The notes: generated by a model from the letters alone, not told the origin. A stretch of DNA of 64,000 nucleotides from an uncultured cyanobacterium (GCA_963766075.1 CAVYAN010000017.1:1-64000), one strand, 5' to 3'; numbered from the stretch's first letter, positions 43,694 through 55,077 are shown. Numbers and translations are program-made.

Positions 43694-45665
43694 ATGAGTG
43701 ACGCTGACAGCCTCAAGAATAATCCTGGATTGCTAGAATCGCCGCACTTCTCCCCAGACCCCGTGCTTGCCCAATCTGGACTGCCTGAATCTGGCATGCC
43801 CCCATCTGACCCGCTGTCAGGTTCCTCTCCAGTCGAGGTTCCGGCGATTTCCCCTAGCACTTCCTCCAGCACTGCCGATGCCGACGGGTGGCAAACCGTA
43901 GATTTTCCCGATGCGCTGCGCGTAGATGATATTCCCTGGGCCGATGGCGATATTCCCGTGATGGCGATGACTAGCTACGCCGGACTCGTGCAGCAGCTTC
44001 AGCAGGAAAATGGGCAGTTGCGCGATCGCATCAATCATCTAGAAGAGGCGATCGCCTTTGGTCAACTGGAAGCCCGCAGCACAATTTTTTACCAGGGCGA
44101 CACCCAGAACGGTGAGCCCGAAAGTGTTGCGCCCGATAATCTTACAACTGGAAATAGTACGCCAGAAAATATTACTTCCGAATTCGCTTCCCCGCATCCC
44201 ACGGTCCAGCGCCAGCAAATTTTGGTGGACACCCTCAACGAGCAACTTCAGAGCTGTCAGGAACGTATTGCTCAACTGGAACGAGAATGTGCCCTAACCC
44301 AGCAGCGGTTTAACGAGCAGGTGCAGCAGCGTCTGCAAGCCGAAACCACCTGCCGCGACCTGCGCACCCGACTACACCGTCAACAGCAACAAGCATTGCA
44401 GTTTAAAACCGCTCTGGAAAAATGTCTGGAAATGCCTGCTCCGCAGGATTCTCAGATCACTGCGCCCACCGCTGAAGCGGATGCGACCTTGGCTGCCGAG
44501 GGCACCTTTGCCCCCTTCGTGTCGAAAACTTCGCCTGTCCGGCCTTGGTCACAGCAAGCAGATTCGGGCTTGGTTGAGTCAAACCAGAAGGGAAGCCAGA
44601 AGTTAACCCAGACCAGCGACATCGCCAATCCAAAATTGGCCAAGCTCATGGGATCTGAGGTCGCTATGGGTGAACCAGAGACCACGCCACCAATCGCACG
44701 CCCCCCGTGGATACAGGGCATCCCGGCCATGGAGCGAGCGCTCCACTAGCGGAATTCGTGGAAATCCACAATTTGGTGAACCTGATTTTCCCCGACAGCC
44801 CGCCCAGCGAGCCCATGGAAATTGCTAGCCCGGAGGAATCCAGGCAATTTTCAATATCAGTCCTTTTTTAGCCCGTACCCCCGCCAATTCTGCCGCGCCT
44901 TCCCCCATCACACCCAGCCCGGAGCAAGCGATCCCGGTGGTGGCAATGGGTGACCAGAGCGCCGATTTAACCACTGCCAGCGCCGATGTCGCCAACGGGG
45001 TCGATGCCGCATCCCCTGATCCCCTCTGGGATAACTTGGCCAAGTTGATTCAGGCTCCGGCTAAGGCTCACGTTGCGCCGATTGACACTGTGATAGCTGA
45101 CTCTACGCCAACCGACTCTACGTCGGCCAACTCTACGCCAACTGAGCCTGCGCCAACGCGGTCAACGGCGATCGCCCGCCCCACCTGGGGCAATGGGGAT
45201 AGCCTGTCTGCAAGCCTTGATTCTCCTGACGCTTTGAGTGCTCCTAAAACTGCCCCTGCGGCGATCGTGGAGGTAGTTGTTGAGACTGGTTCTGAGACTG
45301 AAAACTGTGAGCCTGATCAAGCATCCCCTGCCCTGGCTGAGACAGACTCACCATTCAATTCACCCTCGCCTCAACCCTTGGACTGGCTCCAGACCGAGGG
45401 TCTGCCCTCTGAAGCCCGCTCCTTTAACCTGAAGGAACGCTTTGCAGCGCCAGTGGAAGGGCGATCGCCCGTGCCCGCTGCATCAACTGAAACTGCATCA
45501 GTTGCAGACACCCCAGCCGTCGCCCCGATTTCCCCAGTCCACGGCACAGCGGAACCGATCATGTTCATGGCGTCAGGACCGTCCCCGATTTTGTATCCAC
45601 TGCGGCCCGCCAAAAAGCTGAAGTCCCTGGCGGCAGTGGAGTTGCCGACATTCCCTCAGCGGTGA
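43694..45665 (+). CDS. Conserved cyanobacterial coiled-coil protein, split by apparent frameshift(s) near 44700-44830
   Basis: RIAQLERECA..LQFKTALEKCLE coiled coil in the first ORF; PSPILYP..KSLAAVELPTFP C-terminal motif in the second. Confidence 0.65.
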
Positions 45666-45761
45666 CCCATTCATCGTCTCCTATACTCTGTTGAAGCAGC
45701 AAGTCTTTGTTTATCCTATTAACTGATGACTGATTAACTGATTAAAGAGTACGGGTTGCGT

Positions 45762-46571
45762 ATGGCAGGACATAGCAAGTGGGCGAATATCAAGCGCCAA
45801 AAAGCGCGAGTAGACGCGGTTAAAGGTAAAGTCTTTACAAAAATTGCCCGGGAGATTATTGTCGCCGCGCGGACCGGTGGGGGAGATCCCGCCGCTAACT
45901 TCCAGTTGCGTACGGCCATCGATAAGGCCAAGGCAGCGGGGATTCCCAACGATAATATTGATCGGGCGATCGCGAAAGGGGCCGGGAAACTGGGTGCCGA
46001 AGGAAGCTTAGAAGCGATTCGCTATGAGGGCTACGGACCCGGTGGGGTTGCCATTTTAATCGAAGCGCTAACGGATAACCGCAACCGCACTGCTGCCGAT
46101 CTGCGAGTTGCCTTTGGAAAAAATGGGGGCAATCTGGGCGAAATCGGTTGTGTGGGCTGGATGTTTGTGCAAAAGGGGAGTGTCACAGTGTCTCTCACGC
46201 CTCCTCGCGCGGGCCGAGGTCGTAAAGCGGAACCGTTCGCACTGATCAACGAAGAAGCATTGTTAGAGGCATTTTTGGAGGGGGGAGCGGAAGGCTACGA
46301 CATTTTTGACACCGAAGAGGGCAAGGTCGCTGAAGCCACAACTGCCCCCTCGAATTTGGAGCAATTGAGTCAAGTCTTAAAGGCCCAAGACTATCACCTG
46401 ACTCAGGTCGAGCTGCGTTGGATTCCCGAAAATACAGTGGATGTAGCAGATCCAGACCAAGCGCGATCGCTGCTCAAACTGATGGATGCTCTGGAAGATC
46501 TGGATGACGTGCAAACAGTGACGGCCAATTTTGAAATGGCTGATGAACTGATGTCACTCAGTGTGGTTTAG
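45762..46571 (+). CDS. yebC: YebC/PmpR family protein
   Basis: MAGHSKWANIKRQK, YEGYGPGG, TDNRNRT, EDLDDVQ. Confidence 0.96.
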   Translation: MAGHSKWANIKRQKARVDAVKGKVFTKIAREIIVAARTGGGDPAANFQLRTAIDKAKAAGIPNDNIDRAIAKGAGKLGAEGSLEAIRYEGYGPGGVAILIEALTDNRNRTAADLRVAFGKNGGNLGEIGCVGWMFVQKGSVTVSLTPPRAGRGRKAEPFALINEEALLEAFLEGGAEGYDIFDTEEGKVAEATTAPSNLEQLSQVLKAQDYHLTQVELRWIPENTVDVADPDQARSLLKLMDALEDLDDVQTVTANFEMADELMSLSVV

Positions 46572-46616
46572 GGGAAGGCGCAGTTAACCATGCAAGATTA
46601 AAACCCATGCAAGATT

Positions 46617-46652
46617 AAAAAGGGGAAGTGAATGCCCCCATTCGCTTCCCCT
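46617..46652. terminator. Terminator-like hairpin downstream of yebC
   Basis: AGGGGAAGTGAATG...CATTCGCTTCCCCT stem with a 5' A-run. Confidence 0.7.
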
Positions 46653-46655
46653 CGA

Positions 46656-46683
46656 TTGACTTGTGCTCTATGGACTCTAATAT
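46656..46683 (+). promoter_or_regulatory. Sigma70-type promoter candidate
   Basis: TTGACT-N16-TAATAT. Confidence 0.5.
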
Positions 46684-46687
46684 AGTG

Positions 46688-46850
46688 GGTCGGAAACCGG
46701 AGCCACTTCATACGATTGGGTCACCCAAGTGGGTGAAATCATGTTTGGCCCTGGTCCCCTGATACCGCCCGGTGAGGACGATTACGGCAGCGATCGCTGT
46801 CCTCAGGCCAACTGTTCACGTCATTACTGTTCGCGTAATTTTGGAACGAC
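46688..46850 (+). ncRNA. Candidate structured RNA of about 160 nt
   Basis: Follows the promoter; nested pairings GGTCG/CGACC, TTGGG/CCCAA, GTGAA/TTCAC, TTGGCC/GGCCAA, TGAGGAC/GTCCTCA. Confidence 0.35.
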
Positions 46851-46862
46851 CCGGTACACCCA

Positions 46863-46978
46863 TGCCACAACTCCGGTGCCACAACTCCGGTGCTACAACT
46901 CCGGTGCTACAACTCCGGTGCCAAAGCTCTGGTACCAAAGCACTCCAGCATCAAAGCACTCCGGTACCAAAACTCAGT
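46863..46978. repeat. 14-bp tandem repeat decaying rightwards
   Basis: GC(C/T)ACAACTCCGGT x4 followed by about four degenerate copies. Confidence 0.85.
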
Positions 46979-47047
46979 GCAATCCTATTATTCCAGCGTT
47001 AATCAGCTAAACTGGTTTCACTTAATCGCCAAACTGTAGGGTGTTGT

Positions 47048-47962
47048 GTGAGTCAAACGTCTAAACGGGGTGCGGCGATTTTAGCGCTATTGGCCCTGGC
47101 GCTAATTTGGGGATATAACTGGGTCCAGATGAAGATTGCGGTGACCTATGCGCCGCCTTTTGTGTTTTCGGCCCTGCGGGTTTCCCTGGGCGCGGCGTGT
47201 TTATTGGCAATGCTGGCTATTTTGCGTAAGCCACTGTGGCCCCAGGAAGTGCCAAAGACAATGGCGTCTGGCATGCTGCAAATTGCTGGCGTGTATGGGT
47301 TTGCCACGTGGGCGCTGGTGAGTGGTGGGGCTGGAAAGACGGCAGTTTTGGTGTATATCATGCCGTTTTGGACATTGATATTGGCCTGGATAATTTTAGG
47401 AGAACGGCTGCGGGGGTTGCAGTGGGTTGCGATTGGCTTTAGCGTAGCGGGGCTGATTTGCATTTTGGAGCCGAACCAATTGGGCGGTACGATCACCAGT
47501 AAGGCCTTGGCTATCATTGCGGGCATCTGCTGGGCAGGCGGGGCGGTCGTGACCAAGCATCTGCGCCAGCGGGTCACCCTAGACCTTCTATCTCTGACAA
47601 CGTGGCAAACTGTCTTTGCGGCCCTCCCCTTGATCCTGGTCGCGCTGATTATGCCCGCCGCGCCGATTCAGTGGACGGGGCCGTTTATATTCGCACTGGT
47701 GTATAACGTGATTCCAGGGACGGCAATCGCCACGCTCCTGTGGCTCTACATTTTGGATCAACTGCCGGCAGGGGTGGCCGGGTTGGGGATTTTGCTCAAT
47801 CCCGTGGTTGGGGTTTTAGCCGCCTGGATTCAATTGCAAGAGGTTCCTGGACCGATGGAAATCTGGGGGATGGCGCTGATCGCTGTGGCGCTGATCCTCA
47901 ACGCGGTTCAGGCTCTCGCCCACAGCCCGGAAAAAGCACCCAAGGACGCTGAAAAGGGTTAG
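47048..47962 (+). CDS. EamA/DMT family transporter
   Basis: LIWGYNW, ILGERL, ten TM helices. Confidence 0.92.
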   Translation: MSQTSKRGAAILALLALALIWGYNWVQMKIAVTYAPPFVFSALRVSLGAACLLAMLAILRKPLWPQEVPKTMASGMLQIAGVYGFATWALVSGGAGKTAVLVYIMPFWTLILAWIILGERLRGLQWVAIGFSVAGLICILEPNQLGGTITSKALAIIAGICWAGGAVVTKHLRQRVTLDLLSLTTWQTVFAALPLILVALIMPAAPIQWTGPFIFALVYNVIPGTAIATLLWLYILDQLPAGVAGLGILLNPVVGVLAAWIQLQEVPGPMEIWGMALIAVALILNAVQALAHSPEKAPKDAEKG

Positions 47963-47980
47963 GCCAAGAATTATGGGCCA

Positions 47981-48012
47981 GCGATTGAGCACAAACGCTT
48001 GTGCTCAATCGC
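47981..48012. terminator. Hairpin between convergent genes
   Basis: GCGATTGAGCACAA-ACGC-TTGTGCTCAATCGC. Confidence 0.65.
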
Positions 48013-48018
48013 TTGTGC

Positions 48019-49734
48019 TCAAAAGCCCAAATCTGCCTTTGCGGCGGCGGCGGCGGGTAACACCACCTCGGTGGGCAATTCTTCCCAGGCTGGATCGCCA
48101 ATTTCCCGATAAAACGCCTCGTCATAGGGACGGGTTTTAATCACTACGGGCATTGGGATAGCATGGCCCAGAATAAGCGCCTGCTGTTTAGAATCCAGCT
48201 TGGACAAGACCGATCGCAAACTTTGTCCGCCGGAGACTCCAGTAAAAATGGCATCAATGTCTTTCTCATCATTCAGTAAGGCTGTGATGCGGGTGCCGAT
48301 CTGCGACATGACTTCGTTATCTATTCCCGAAGGGCGCTGATCGACCACCAACAGCGTGACGAAGTACTTCCGCATTTCGCGGGCGATGGTGCCAAAGATG
48401 GTTTGACCCACGGTGGCCGGATCGAGAAAGCGATGCGCTTCTTCAATCGTGATCACCAGTTGGCGGGGGCGATCGCTGACATTTTTGGTTTGCAGAAACT
48501 TCTCAGCCTTATGCACATAGGCCCGATGAATGCGGCGGGCAATAATATTAGTGGCCAGCATATAGGACAGCATATTGGATTGTGAACCAAACTCCACCAC
48601 AACGTGTTTGCCAGCTTCCACAGTTTCCAAAATTTGACCGACATAATTGTGGGGACAAGTCTGACGAATATACTTGAGATCATCTAAGCGAGTGAGCTTG
48701 CGTTGTAGCGCCATAATCGAAGATTTACTCCCCATCTTCGTCTCACAGAATTCTTGAATCTCCTCATTAGTCATGGCTAACAAGCGCGAAATCCAGGCTT
48801 TACCAAATTCATTCCGTAGTATAATTGCATTTTCTAAACTGGCTTCCGACAGGTTTAACTCGCCCCGCACCAGCGCCAAATCTTCCACGTCAATCTGGTC
48901 ATAGCTAATGTACAGCTCCTGGGCGTCCCGCACGCCGCGCCGCTTCGTCGAATCGGGATCCAGGGTATAGATCTGCACCTGGCCAGGAAAAAGCTGACGC
49001 AACCCTTTAACCGTGCTGAAGTGCTTGCCTTCTCGCGTGGCCTCCCAGCCGTACTCCGAATGCATGTCAAAGATTAAATTCACTGCCGCTTGCCGTCGGA
49101 TAATGCCGGAGAGCAATAGCCGCGTCAAAAACGATTTGCCCGTTCCCGATTTACCAAAAACACCGTTACTGCGTTCGACAAATCGATCTAAATCAATGCA
49201 CACAGGCACAGCCATATCAATGGGCATCCCGATCGCAAAATTCCGACGATGGGGATCATCCTCCCAGCCAAACACTGCCCGAAAATCCCAGGCGCTGGCT
49301 TCATACACTTGGCTAAAGTGACTGGGAATGGTCTTCACAGGCAACAGTTCCATCTCGCCATGGACAACTTTAGCCGGGGAACTCTGAGCAGTGGAATTCT
49401 GCAGCTCGAGCTTTGCGCCTGGAAAAGGTGCCTCCGGCTCTGGGGTCATCATGAGCATGGGCGCGAGTTCCACCGTGCCAAAGGTGCCGGAACCCGCTAA
49501 GACCTCTTGCAGGAAGGTATTGGACGGCTCGGGCGGATTCGCCGCGATGCGACTACTGGACGTGCCCAGGGAAACATCCGTCAGCATGCAGAAAAAGCGC
49601 GATCGCACCCCTTGCACGACCAAAAATTTGCCTACACGCATGTCCTCAACGAGGACATCCGGATGCAAACGCACTTCTAGGCCCTGGCTAAGGGAACCTT
49701 GAATGACGGAACCAAGGGGGTGTTCTGCGGTCAT
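48019..49734 (-). CDS. herA: HerA-like ATPase (HAS barrel + DUF87)
   Basis: GKSGTGKS, FDMHSEY, IEEAHRF, AREMRKY, DQRPS. Confidence 0.85.
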   Translation of the reverse strand: MTAEHPLGSVIQGSLSQGLEVRLHPDVLVEDMRVGKFLVVQGVRSRFFCMLTDVSLGTSSSRIAANPPEPSNTFLQEVLAGSGTFGTVELAPMLMMTPEPEAPFPGAKLELQNSTAQSSPAKVVHGEMELLPVKTIPSHFSQVYEASAWDFRAVFGWEDDPHRRNFAIGMPIDMAVPVCIDLDRFVERSNGVFGKSGTGKSFLTRLLLSGIIRRQAAVNLIFDMHSEYGWEATREGKHFSTVKGLRQLFPGQVQIYTLDPDSTKRRGVRDAQELYISYDQIDVEDLALVRGELNLSEASLENAIILRNEFGKAWISRLLAMTNEEIQEFCETKMGSKSSIMALQRKLTRLDDLKYIRQTCPHNYVGQILETVEAGKHVVVEFGSQSNMLSYMLATNIIARRIHRAYVHKAEKFLQTKNVSDRPRQLVITIEEAHRFLDPATVGQTIFGTIAREMRKYFVTLLVVDQRPSGIDNEVMSQIGTRITALLNDEKDIDAIFTGVSGGQSLRSVLSKLDSKQQALILGHAIPMPVVIKTRPYDEAFYREIGDPAWEELPTEVVLPAAAAAKADLGF

Positions 49735-49964
49735 GCCAACCTCGGTCGCAAAGGACAGATAGTTGTGAATTAGGGAGCTGTAAAATCAAGCACGTCAGGC
49801 TTAACCCCACCCAGCCCAATCACGTTAGTCTCAACCACATTAGTACATTACCAATACATTGTGTCAAGTTCCATCGTCCCGTCCGTCGTCTCATCATCGG
49901 CCTGCGATCAACTCCCCCTGACACTGGCCAAACTTGGCCCGCTAGACCTGAGCTTAGCTAGAGA

Positions 49965-52313
49965 CTAACCAGGCGTGCCGCTCACACTCTGCTTAACTGC
50001 CTCAATGGCCCACAGCGTCGCCTCCGGCGTAGCGGGAGAAGGTAACGGGACCACCGTCGGCGTCCCGAAGGCCGCGATCGCCTCCCGAATGGCCTCCCGC
50101 ACTGAAATCGCCAGCATCAGTGGCGGTTCCCCCACGGCCTTACTGCCATAGATCACCCCATCCTGGGCCGCCCGTTGCAGCAGATGAACATGGAACTGTT
50201 CCGGCACCTCGCTGATGGTGGGAATTTTGTAGGTGCTGGGGGCAAAGGTCCGCAGGCGAGCCTGACTGTCCCACACCAGTTCTTCCATGGTCAGCCAGCC
50301 CATGCCCTGCACAAAAGCCCCCTCGATTTGGCCCAGATCCACGAGGGGATTCAACGACTCGCCCACGTCGTGGACAATATCTACCTGACGTAGTTTAAAT
50401 GTGCCCGTAAAGCCATCTACTTCTACCTCACTCACGGCAGCGCCATAGGCAAAGTAGTAAAACGGTCGGCCTTTTCCGGTTACAGGATCCCAAGACAAAT
50501 TCGGAGTGCGATAGTAGCCTGTGGCCGACAGGCTAATGCGATCGCTATACGCCTGCTGCACCACGGCCACAAACTCCACCCGAATTTGGGGATAGGAACG
50601 GCAGTACAGCCAATCATCGGCGAATTCCAAATCCTCCGGTGCATCCAGATGCAGCATCTTAGCGGCCACCGCCGCGAGACGCGTTTTCAAAATTTCACAG
50701 GCATTTTTCACCGCTTGCCCGTTGAGGTCAGAGCCACTGGAGGCGGCGGTTGCCGAGGTGTTGGGCACTTTGTCGGTGCTGGTGGGCATCACCCGGAAGC
50801 GCTGGAGACTGACGCCTAGGCTGCGGGCCGCCACTTGCACCATTTTGGTGTGCAGTCCCTGCCCCATTTCTGTGCCGCCATGGTTGAGCTGAATGCTGCC
50901 GTCGGTGTAAATCAGCAGGAGCGCCCCTGCCTGGTTGTATTCCACTTTGTTGAAGGATACGCCAAACTTGATCGGCGTGATGGCGATCGCCCGCTTTCGA
51001 TGGGGACTCGCCTGATTGAACTGGGCGATCGCAACTTGCCGCTCCCCAAACCGGGCATTGGCCTTGGCCTCGTTCCAGACGCGGGCGATCCGGTTGTCCA
51101 TAATTTCCTGCCCGTAGTGCGTCGTGTTGCTGTCTCCCTCACCGCGGTAAAAGTTGCGTTCCCGCACCACATCACCCGGTAGGCCCAAATGGCGCGCTAC
51201 CCGATCCACAATTTCTTCAATCACAATCATCCCCTGCGGCCCACCAAAGCCTCGAAAGGCAGTGTTCGAGGTCTTGTGGGTTTTGGCAATGTGCCCACGC
51301 ACGGTCAAATCCGGAATGTAGTAGGCATTGTCAATGTGCAGCATGGCCCGTCCGAGCACAGGTGGCGACAAGTCGAGACTCCAGCCCCCATCGGCATAAA
51401 GGTCTACATCCAAGGCGGTGAGGAGGCCCTCGGCAGTGAAGCCAACCGTGTAATGACCTAAAAAGCCATGACGCTTGCCGGTAAGCTGCATATCGTGATG
51501 GCGACCTAGGCGACAGCGCACCGGACGGCCTGTTTTTTGGGCAGCGATCGCCGCCAACGCCGCAAAGGGATTCGCCTGGGACTCTTTTCCGCCAAATCCG
51601 CCCCCCATCCGCAGGCAAGTCACCACCACCTGATGGACGGGAATCCCCAGAACCCGCGCCACAATCACCTGGGTTTCCGTGGGGTGCTGCGTAGACGCAT
51701 AGACGTGATAATTGCCTTCACCGTCGGGAATAGTCCAACTGGCATGGGTTTCCAGGTAAAAGTGATCCTGACCATTCATCGCCACGTCACCACTGAGAAC
51801 ATGGGGCGCTACCGACAAGGCCGCCGCCGGATCACCGCGCTGGATGGTTTGGGGAGCCGTATGAAAAGACTGCTGGGCGATCGCCTCTGGAAGCGTGGCG
51901 ATCGGCTCTAAGGGCTCATACGCCACCATGACCGCCGCCGCACCGCACCGCGCCGCCGCCTCGGTTTCTCCTGCCACCCAGGCCACCGCTTGCCCCCAAT
52001 ATTGCACCGTGTCCGTAGGCAGCAGCACTTCATCCAGGACAATCACCCCAGTGTTGTTTTTGCCGGGAACATCCGCCGCCGTCAGCGCGGTCACTACCCC
52101 AGCCACCGCCAACGCGGGAGCCACATCCAAGTGGGTGATGCGGGCATGGGCATGGGGAGCCAACACCGGATAGAGGGAAAGCATCCCTGCAAACGGGCGC
52201 TGATCATCGGTATAGATGGCGCTGCCGCTGACGTGGTGGTGGGCACTTTCATGGCGGCGGCTCTCGCGGGCGGAGGAGGGCACAGAGGCAGAGGGGGGCG
52301 CAGGGGCGTTCAT
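49965..52313 (-). CDS. xdhB: Xanthine dehydrogenase molybdopterin subunit
   Basis: QDHFYLE, RMGGGFGGKE, TAFRGFGGPQG, EMGQGL, SKAVGEPP. Confidence 0.95.
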   Translation of the reverse strand: MNAPAPPSASVPSSARESRRHESAHHHVSGSAIYTDDQRPFAGMLSLYPVLAPHAHARITHLDVAPALAVAGVVTALTAADVPGKNNTGVIVLDEVLLPTDTVQYWGQAVAWVAGETEAAARCGAAAVMVAYEPLEPIATLPEAIAQQSFHTAPQTIQRGDPAAALSVAPHVLSGDVAMNGQDHFYLETHASWTIPDGEGNYHVYASTQHPTETQVIVARVLGIPVHQVVVTCLRMGGGFGGKESQANPFAALAAIAAQKTGRPVRCRLGRHHDMQLTGKRHGFLGHYTVGFTAEGLLTALDVDLYADGGWSLDLSPPVLGRAMLHIDNAYYIPDLTVRGHIAKTHKTSNTAFRGFGGPQGMIVIEEIVDRVARHLGLPGDVVRERNFYRGEGDSNTTHYGQEIMDNRIARVWNEAKANARFGERQVAIAQFNQASPHRKRAIAITPIKFGVSFNKVEYNQAGALLLIYTDGSIQLNHGGTEMGQGLHTKMVQVAARSLGVSLQRFRVMPTSTDKVPNTSATAASSGSDLNGQAVKNACEILKTRLAAVAAKMLHLDAPEDLEFADDWLYCRSYPQIRVEFVAVVQQAYSDRISLSATGYYRTPNLSWDPVTGKGRPFYYFAYGAAVSEVEVDGFTGTFKLRQVDIVHDVGESLNPLVDLGQIEGAFVQGMGWLTMEELVWDSQARLRTFAPSTYKIPTISEVPEQFHVHLLQRAAQDGVIYGSKAVGEPPLMLAISVREAIREAIAAFGTPTVVPLPSPATPEATLWAIEAVKQSVSGTPG

Positions 52314-53822
52314 ACAGACATCTCCACGAAAAACTTTTCAAATAAATTGGCCACTAAGAGCCGTCGATAGTCGGCACTGCCCCGCAGGTCAGACAGCGGC
52401 GTAAAGGCATCACGCAGTGCCGGTTTGATCGCCTGAATGGTATCGGCGGTCCAGGGCTGGCCGAGGAGCTGCTGTTCTAGGGCGATCGCCCGAACCGGGG
52501 TCGCCGCCACCCCACCATAGGCCAGACGGGCATGGACAACTCGCTGCTGTGCATCGAGATCAATCGTGAAGGCTGCCGCCACGATACTAATGTCATCGGT
52601 GCCGCGCTTGCCAATTTTGTAGGACTGGGCAAGGCGACGGACGGCGGTGGGTGTTATCGTCCGGGGAATCAGCACCGAGACAATCACTTCCCCCGCCTGT
52701 AGGGCTGTTTGCCGATAGCCCTGGAAAAAACTTGCCAGGGGTAATCGGCGTTCTCCGGCGGCACTGGCAAGGCGCAGTTCGGCATCCAGCGCTAGCAGGA
52801 CCGGCGGCAAGTCGCCAATGGGTGAGGCGGTGCCGATGTTGCCGCCCAGCGTGGCTCGGTTGCGCACCTGTCGGGCCGCGAACCAGTGCAGCATTTCATC
52901 CAGACTGGGAAAGATGCCATGCAGATTGGCTTCAATATGACTGAGGGGGACAGCAGCCCCAATTTCGACAACATCAGGGGCGATCGCCCAATGGTGCAAC
53001 TCGGCCACGGCCTCTAGGGAAATCAGTACTGGATAGGTTTGGCGATGGTGGCTCAGCTCTAATCCCAAATCCGTCGCCCCGGCGATCAACGTGGCCTCTG
53101 GAAACTGTGCCAGTAAGGTGAGGACATCTGCAAGCTGGGTCGGACGATAAAACCGTTGCGCTGGACCCGGACGGGACGAGGCCAGGGAATCGGGTTCCGT
53201 CTGGGACAGGTCCGGTAGGGGCGAGGCGACCGGAGATGGCTGGGTGAGGCGATCGGTGAAGCGATCGTCTGACCGCCTGCCCATCTCCCCGCGCCTGCAC
53301 CACCTGCTGTGCGGCCCGCCGAATCGCCACATAGCCCGTACAGCGACAGAGATTGCCCTCTACGCAGATGTCATCCACATCACCGCTGTAGTAAGCGGCA
53401 AACAGACTCATGATAAATCCCGGCGTGCAGTATCCACACTGGGAGCCGCCCGTATGGACCATGGCCACCTGGACTGGATGCAGCCCCTCCAAACCTGCCC
53501 CTGCCGACGCTAACCCCTCTACGGTAATCACTTCTCGCCCCGCCACGGCTCCAAGGGGAATTAAGCAGCTATTCACCGCCGCATAGTGCGGTTTGCCATC
53601 GGCTCCTGGACTGACAAGGGCGACCGTACAAGCGCCGCAGTCGCCGTCCCCGCAGCCTTCCTTGGTGCCAATCCGCCCACTCAACCGCAAATATTCCAGC
53701 AGGGTTTGACTGGGATCAGATTGGTGCAGGCTAATCAATTCGCCATTCAGCACCAGGGCGAGGGGGGGTGTTATGGGGTTTGCCATACCTTGATTCACAA
53801 TCGTCATCCCATCGTTGAACAC
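52310..53822 (-). CDS. xdhA: Xanthine dehydrogenase 2Fe-2S/FAD subunit (frameshift near 53270-53300)
   Basis: GTKEGCGDGDCGAC, QCGYCTPG, GNLCRCTGY in one frame; AGATDL, RNRATLGGN, SPIGD in the other. Confidence 0.88.
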
Positions 53823-54397
53823 TCCAGCTATCTTGGCATTGTGATTTCAATTTACACGTTACAAATAATGCAATTTGTTATTTGCACAGGTATTTCCAAG
53901 GAAGAATATCTTAGAAGGTGGCAAGAGGAATGAGCGCGGAAACTGGCTTCAGGTTTGGGGTGAATCTGCATTTTGGTTCCGGATATCATGTGACAGTTCA
54001 CTAGAAATGCTGCTACGATGAATTTAGTCAAGGTGGCATTGGTCGGTTTTTACCAAACTTTCATGTTTCTATGATGAAGTTCAGGAAATCATGAACTATT
54101 TTCAAGAGACGCTACGGGTCATTTCAGGAAACCCAGAGTAAAATCACACGCCCTAAACTTGGGGAGCAAATTAGCTCACCCACCTTCTCAGGAGGGTGCA
54201 ACAGACCGCTCGCATCCCAATTTCGATGGATTTTCTGAACTGTGATTAGCTTTTAGACAAAAAATATTATCCAAACGCACTCTCTCGGCTGATTGATATG
54301 GGTTGTTGGGAGCATCTTTGCTCTAATTTTTCGTCTCTCTAGTGTAACATATTTTCTCTTCTAACATTTTATAAGACGCTCTTGTCCTGCTTCAGAC

Positions 54398-54937
54398 ATG
54401 CTTATGAATTGGCGCTCATCCCCGTCTCAGGCCGTATCCCAGACTGCTGAACAGCATCCCTCATCCACCCCTGTATTGGAACGCATTAATTTATTGTTCC
54501 GCTATGGTTTGCAACAATTGGCTCAGCAGCATTACGCCGAGGCCGTTGCAAGTTTTAGTCGGGCAGTGAAAATACAGCCGAACCGAGCCATGCTTTGGTA
54601 CTACCGGGGGGATGCCTTAGCCAACCTGGGCCGCTATCGCGAAGCATTGTCTAGCTTTGAGCAGGCACTCCGATTAAATGCCAATAGTCACGAGGCTTGG
54701 ACCTTTCGGGCGGTGATGTTGATTCATCTGCAACGCTATGAAGAAGCGGTAGACAGTTGCGATCGCGCTTTGGCGATCCACCCCAATGATCGCGAAGCGC
54801 TGGTATTTCGGGGGGCGGCCTTGAGCCATTTGGGCCATTACAGACGTGCCTACAGGAGCTATGGGCATGCTGCTGGCAGGCAACGGCTGTCGTTGTGGCA
54901 GCGTCTGCAACGTTTTTTCTTGAAGCTTGTAGATTAA
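54398..54937 (+). CDS. TPR repeat protein
   Basis: Repeated W..RG.AL..LGRY.EA...F..AL units. Confidence 0.88.
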   Translation: MLMNWRSSPSQAVSQTAEQHPSSTPVLERINLLFRYGLQQLAQQHYAEAVASFSRAVKIQPNRAMLWYYRGDALANLGRYREALSSFEQALRLNANSHEAWTFRAVMLIHLQRYEEAVDSCDRALAIHPNDREALVFRGAALSHLGHYRRAYRSYGHAAGRQRLSLWQRLQRFFLKLVD

Positions 54938-55077
54938 GGCTCTCTTCCCCATCGTAGGAGGCCAGCACGTAGGGGATCAGCACGTAGGGGATCAGCACAA
55001 GGATGCGGGTCGGAGATGTGGGCCGGAGGATAGTCGTTGCGGAGGGCAGCGATCGCTGCCCTTTGATGGATTGCGGT

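Noticed and set aside
46863..46978. 14-bp array as a CRISPR or as coding ORFs 46729..47010 / 46772..47002
   Set aside because: No spacers; the ORFs stay open mainly because the repeat lacks stop codons
53823..54397. NtcA site or purine/xanthine riboswitch upstream of xdhA
   Set aside because: No GTA-N8-TAC with correct spacing and no riboswitch core seen
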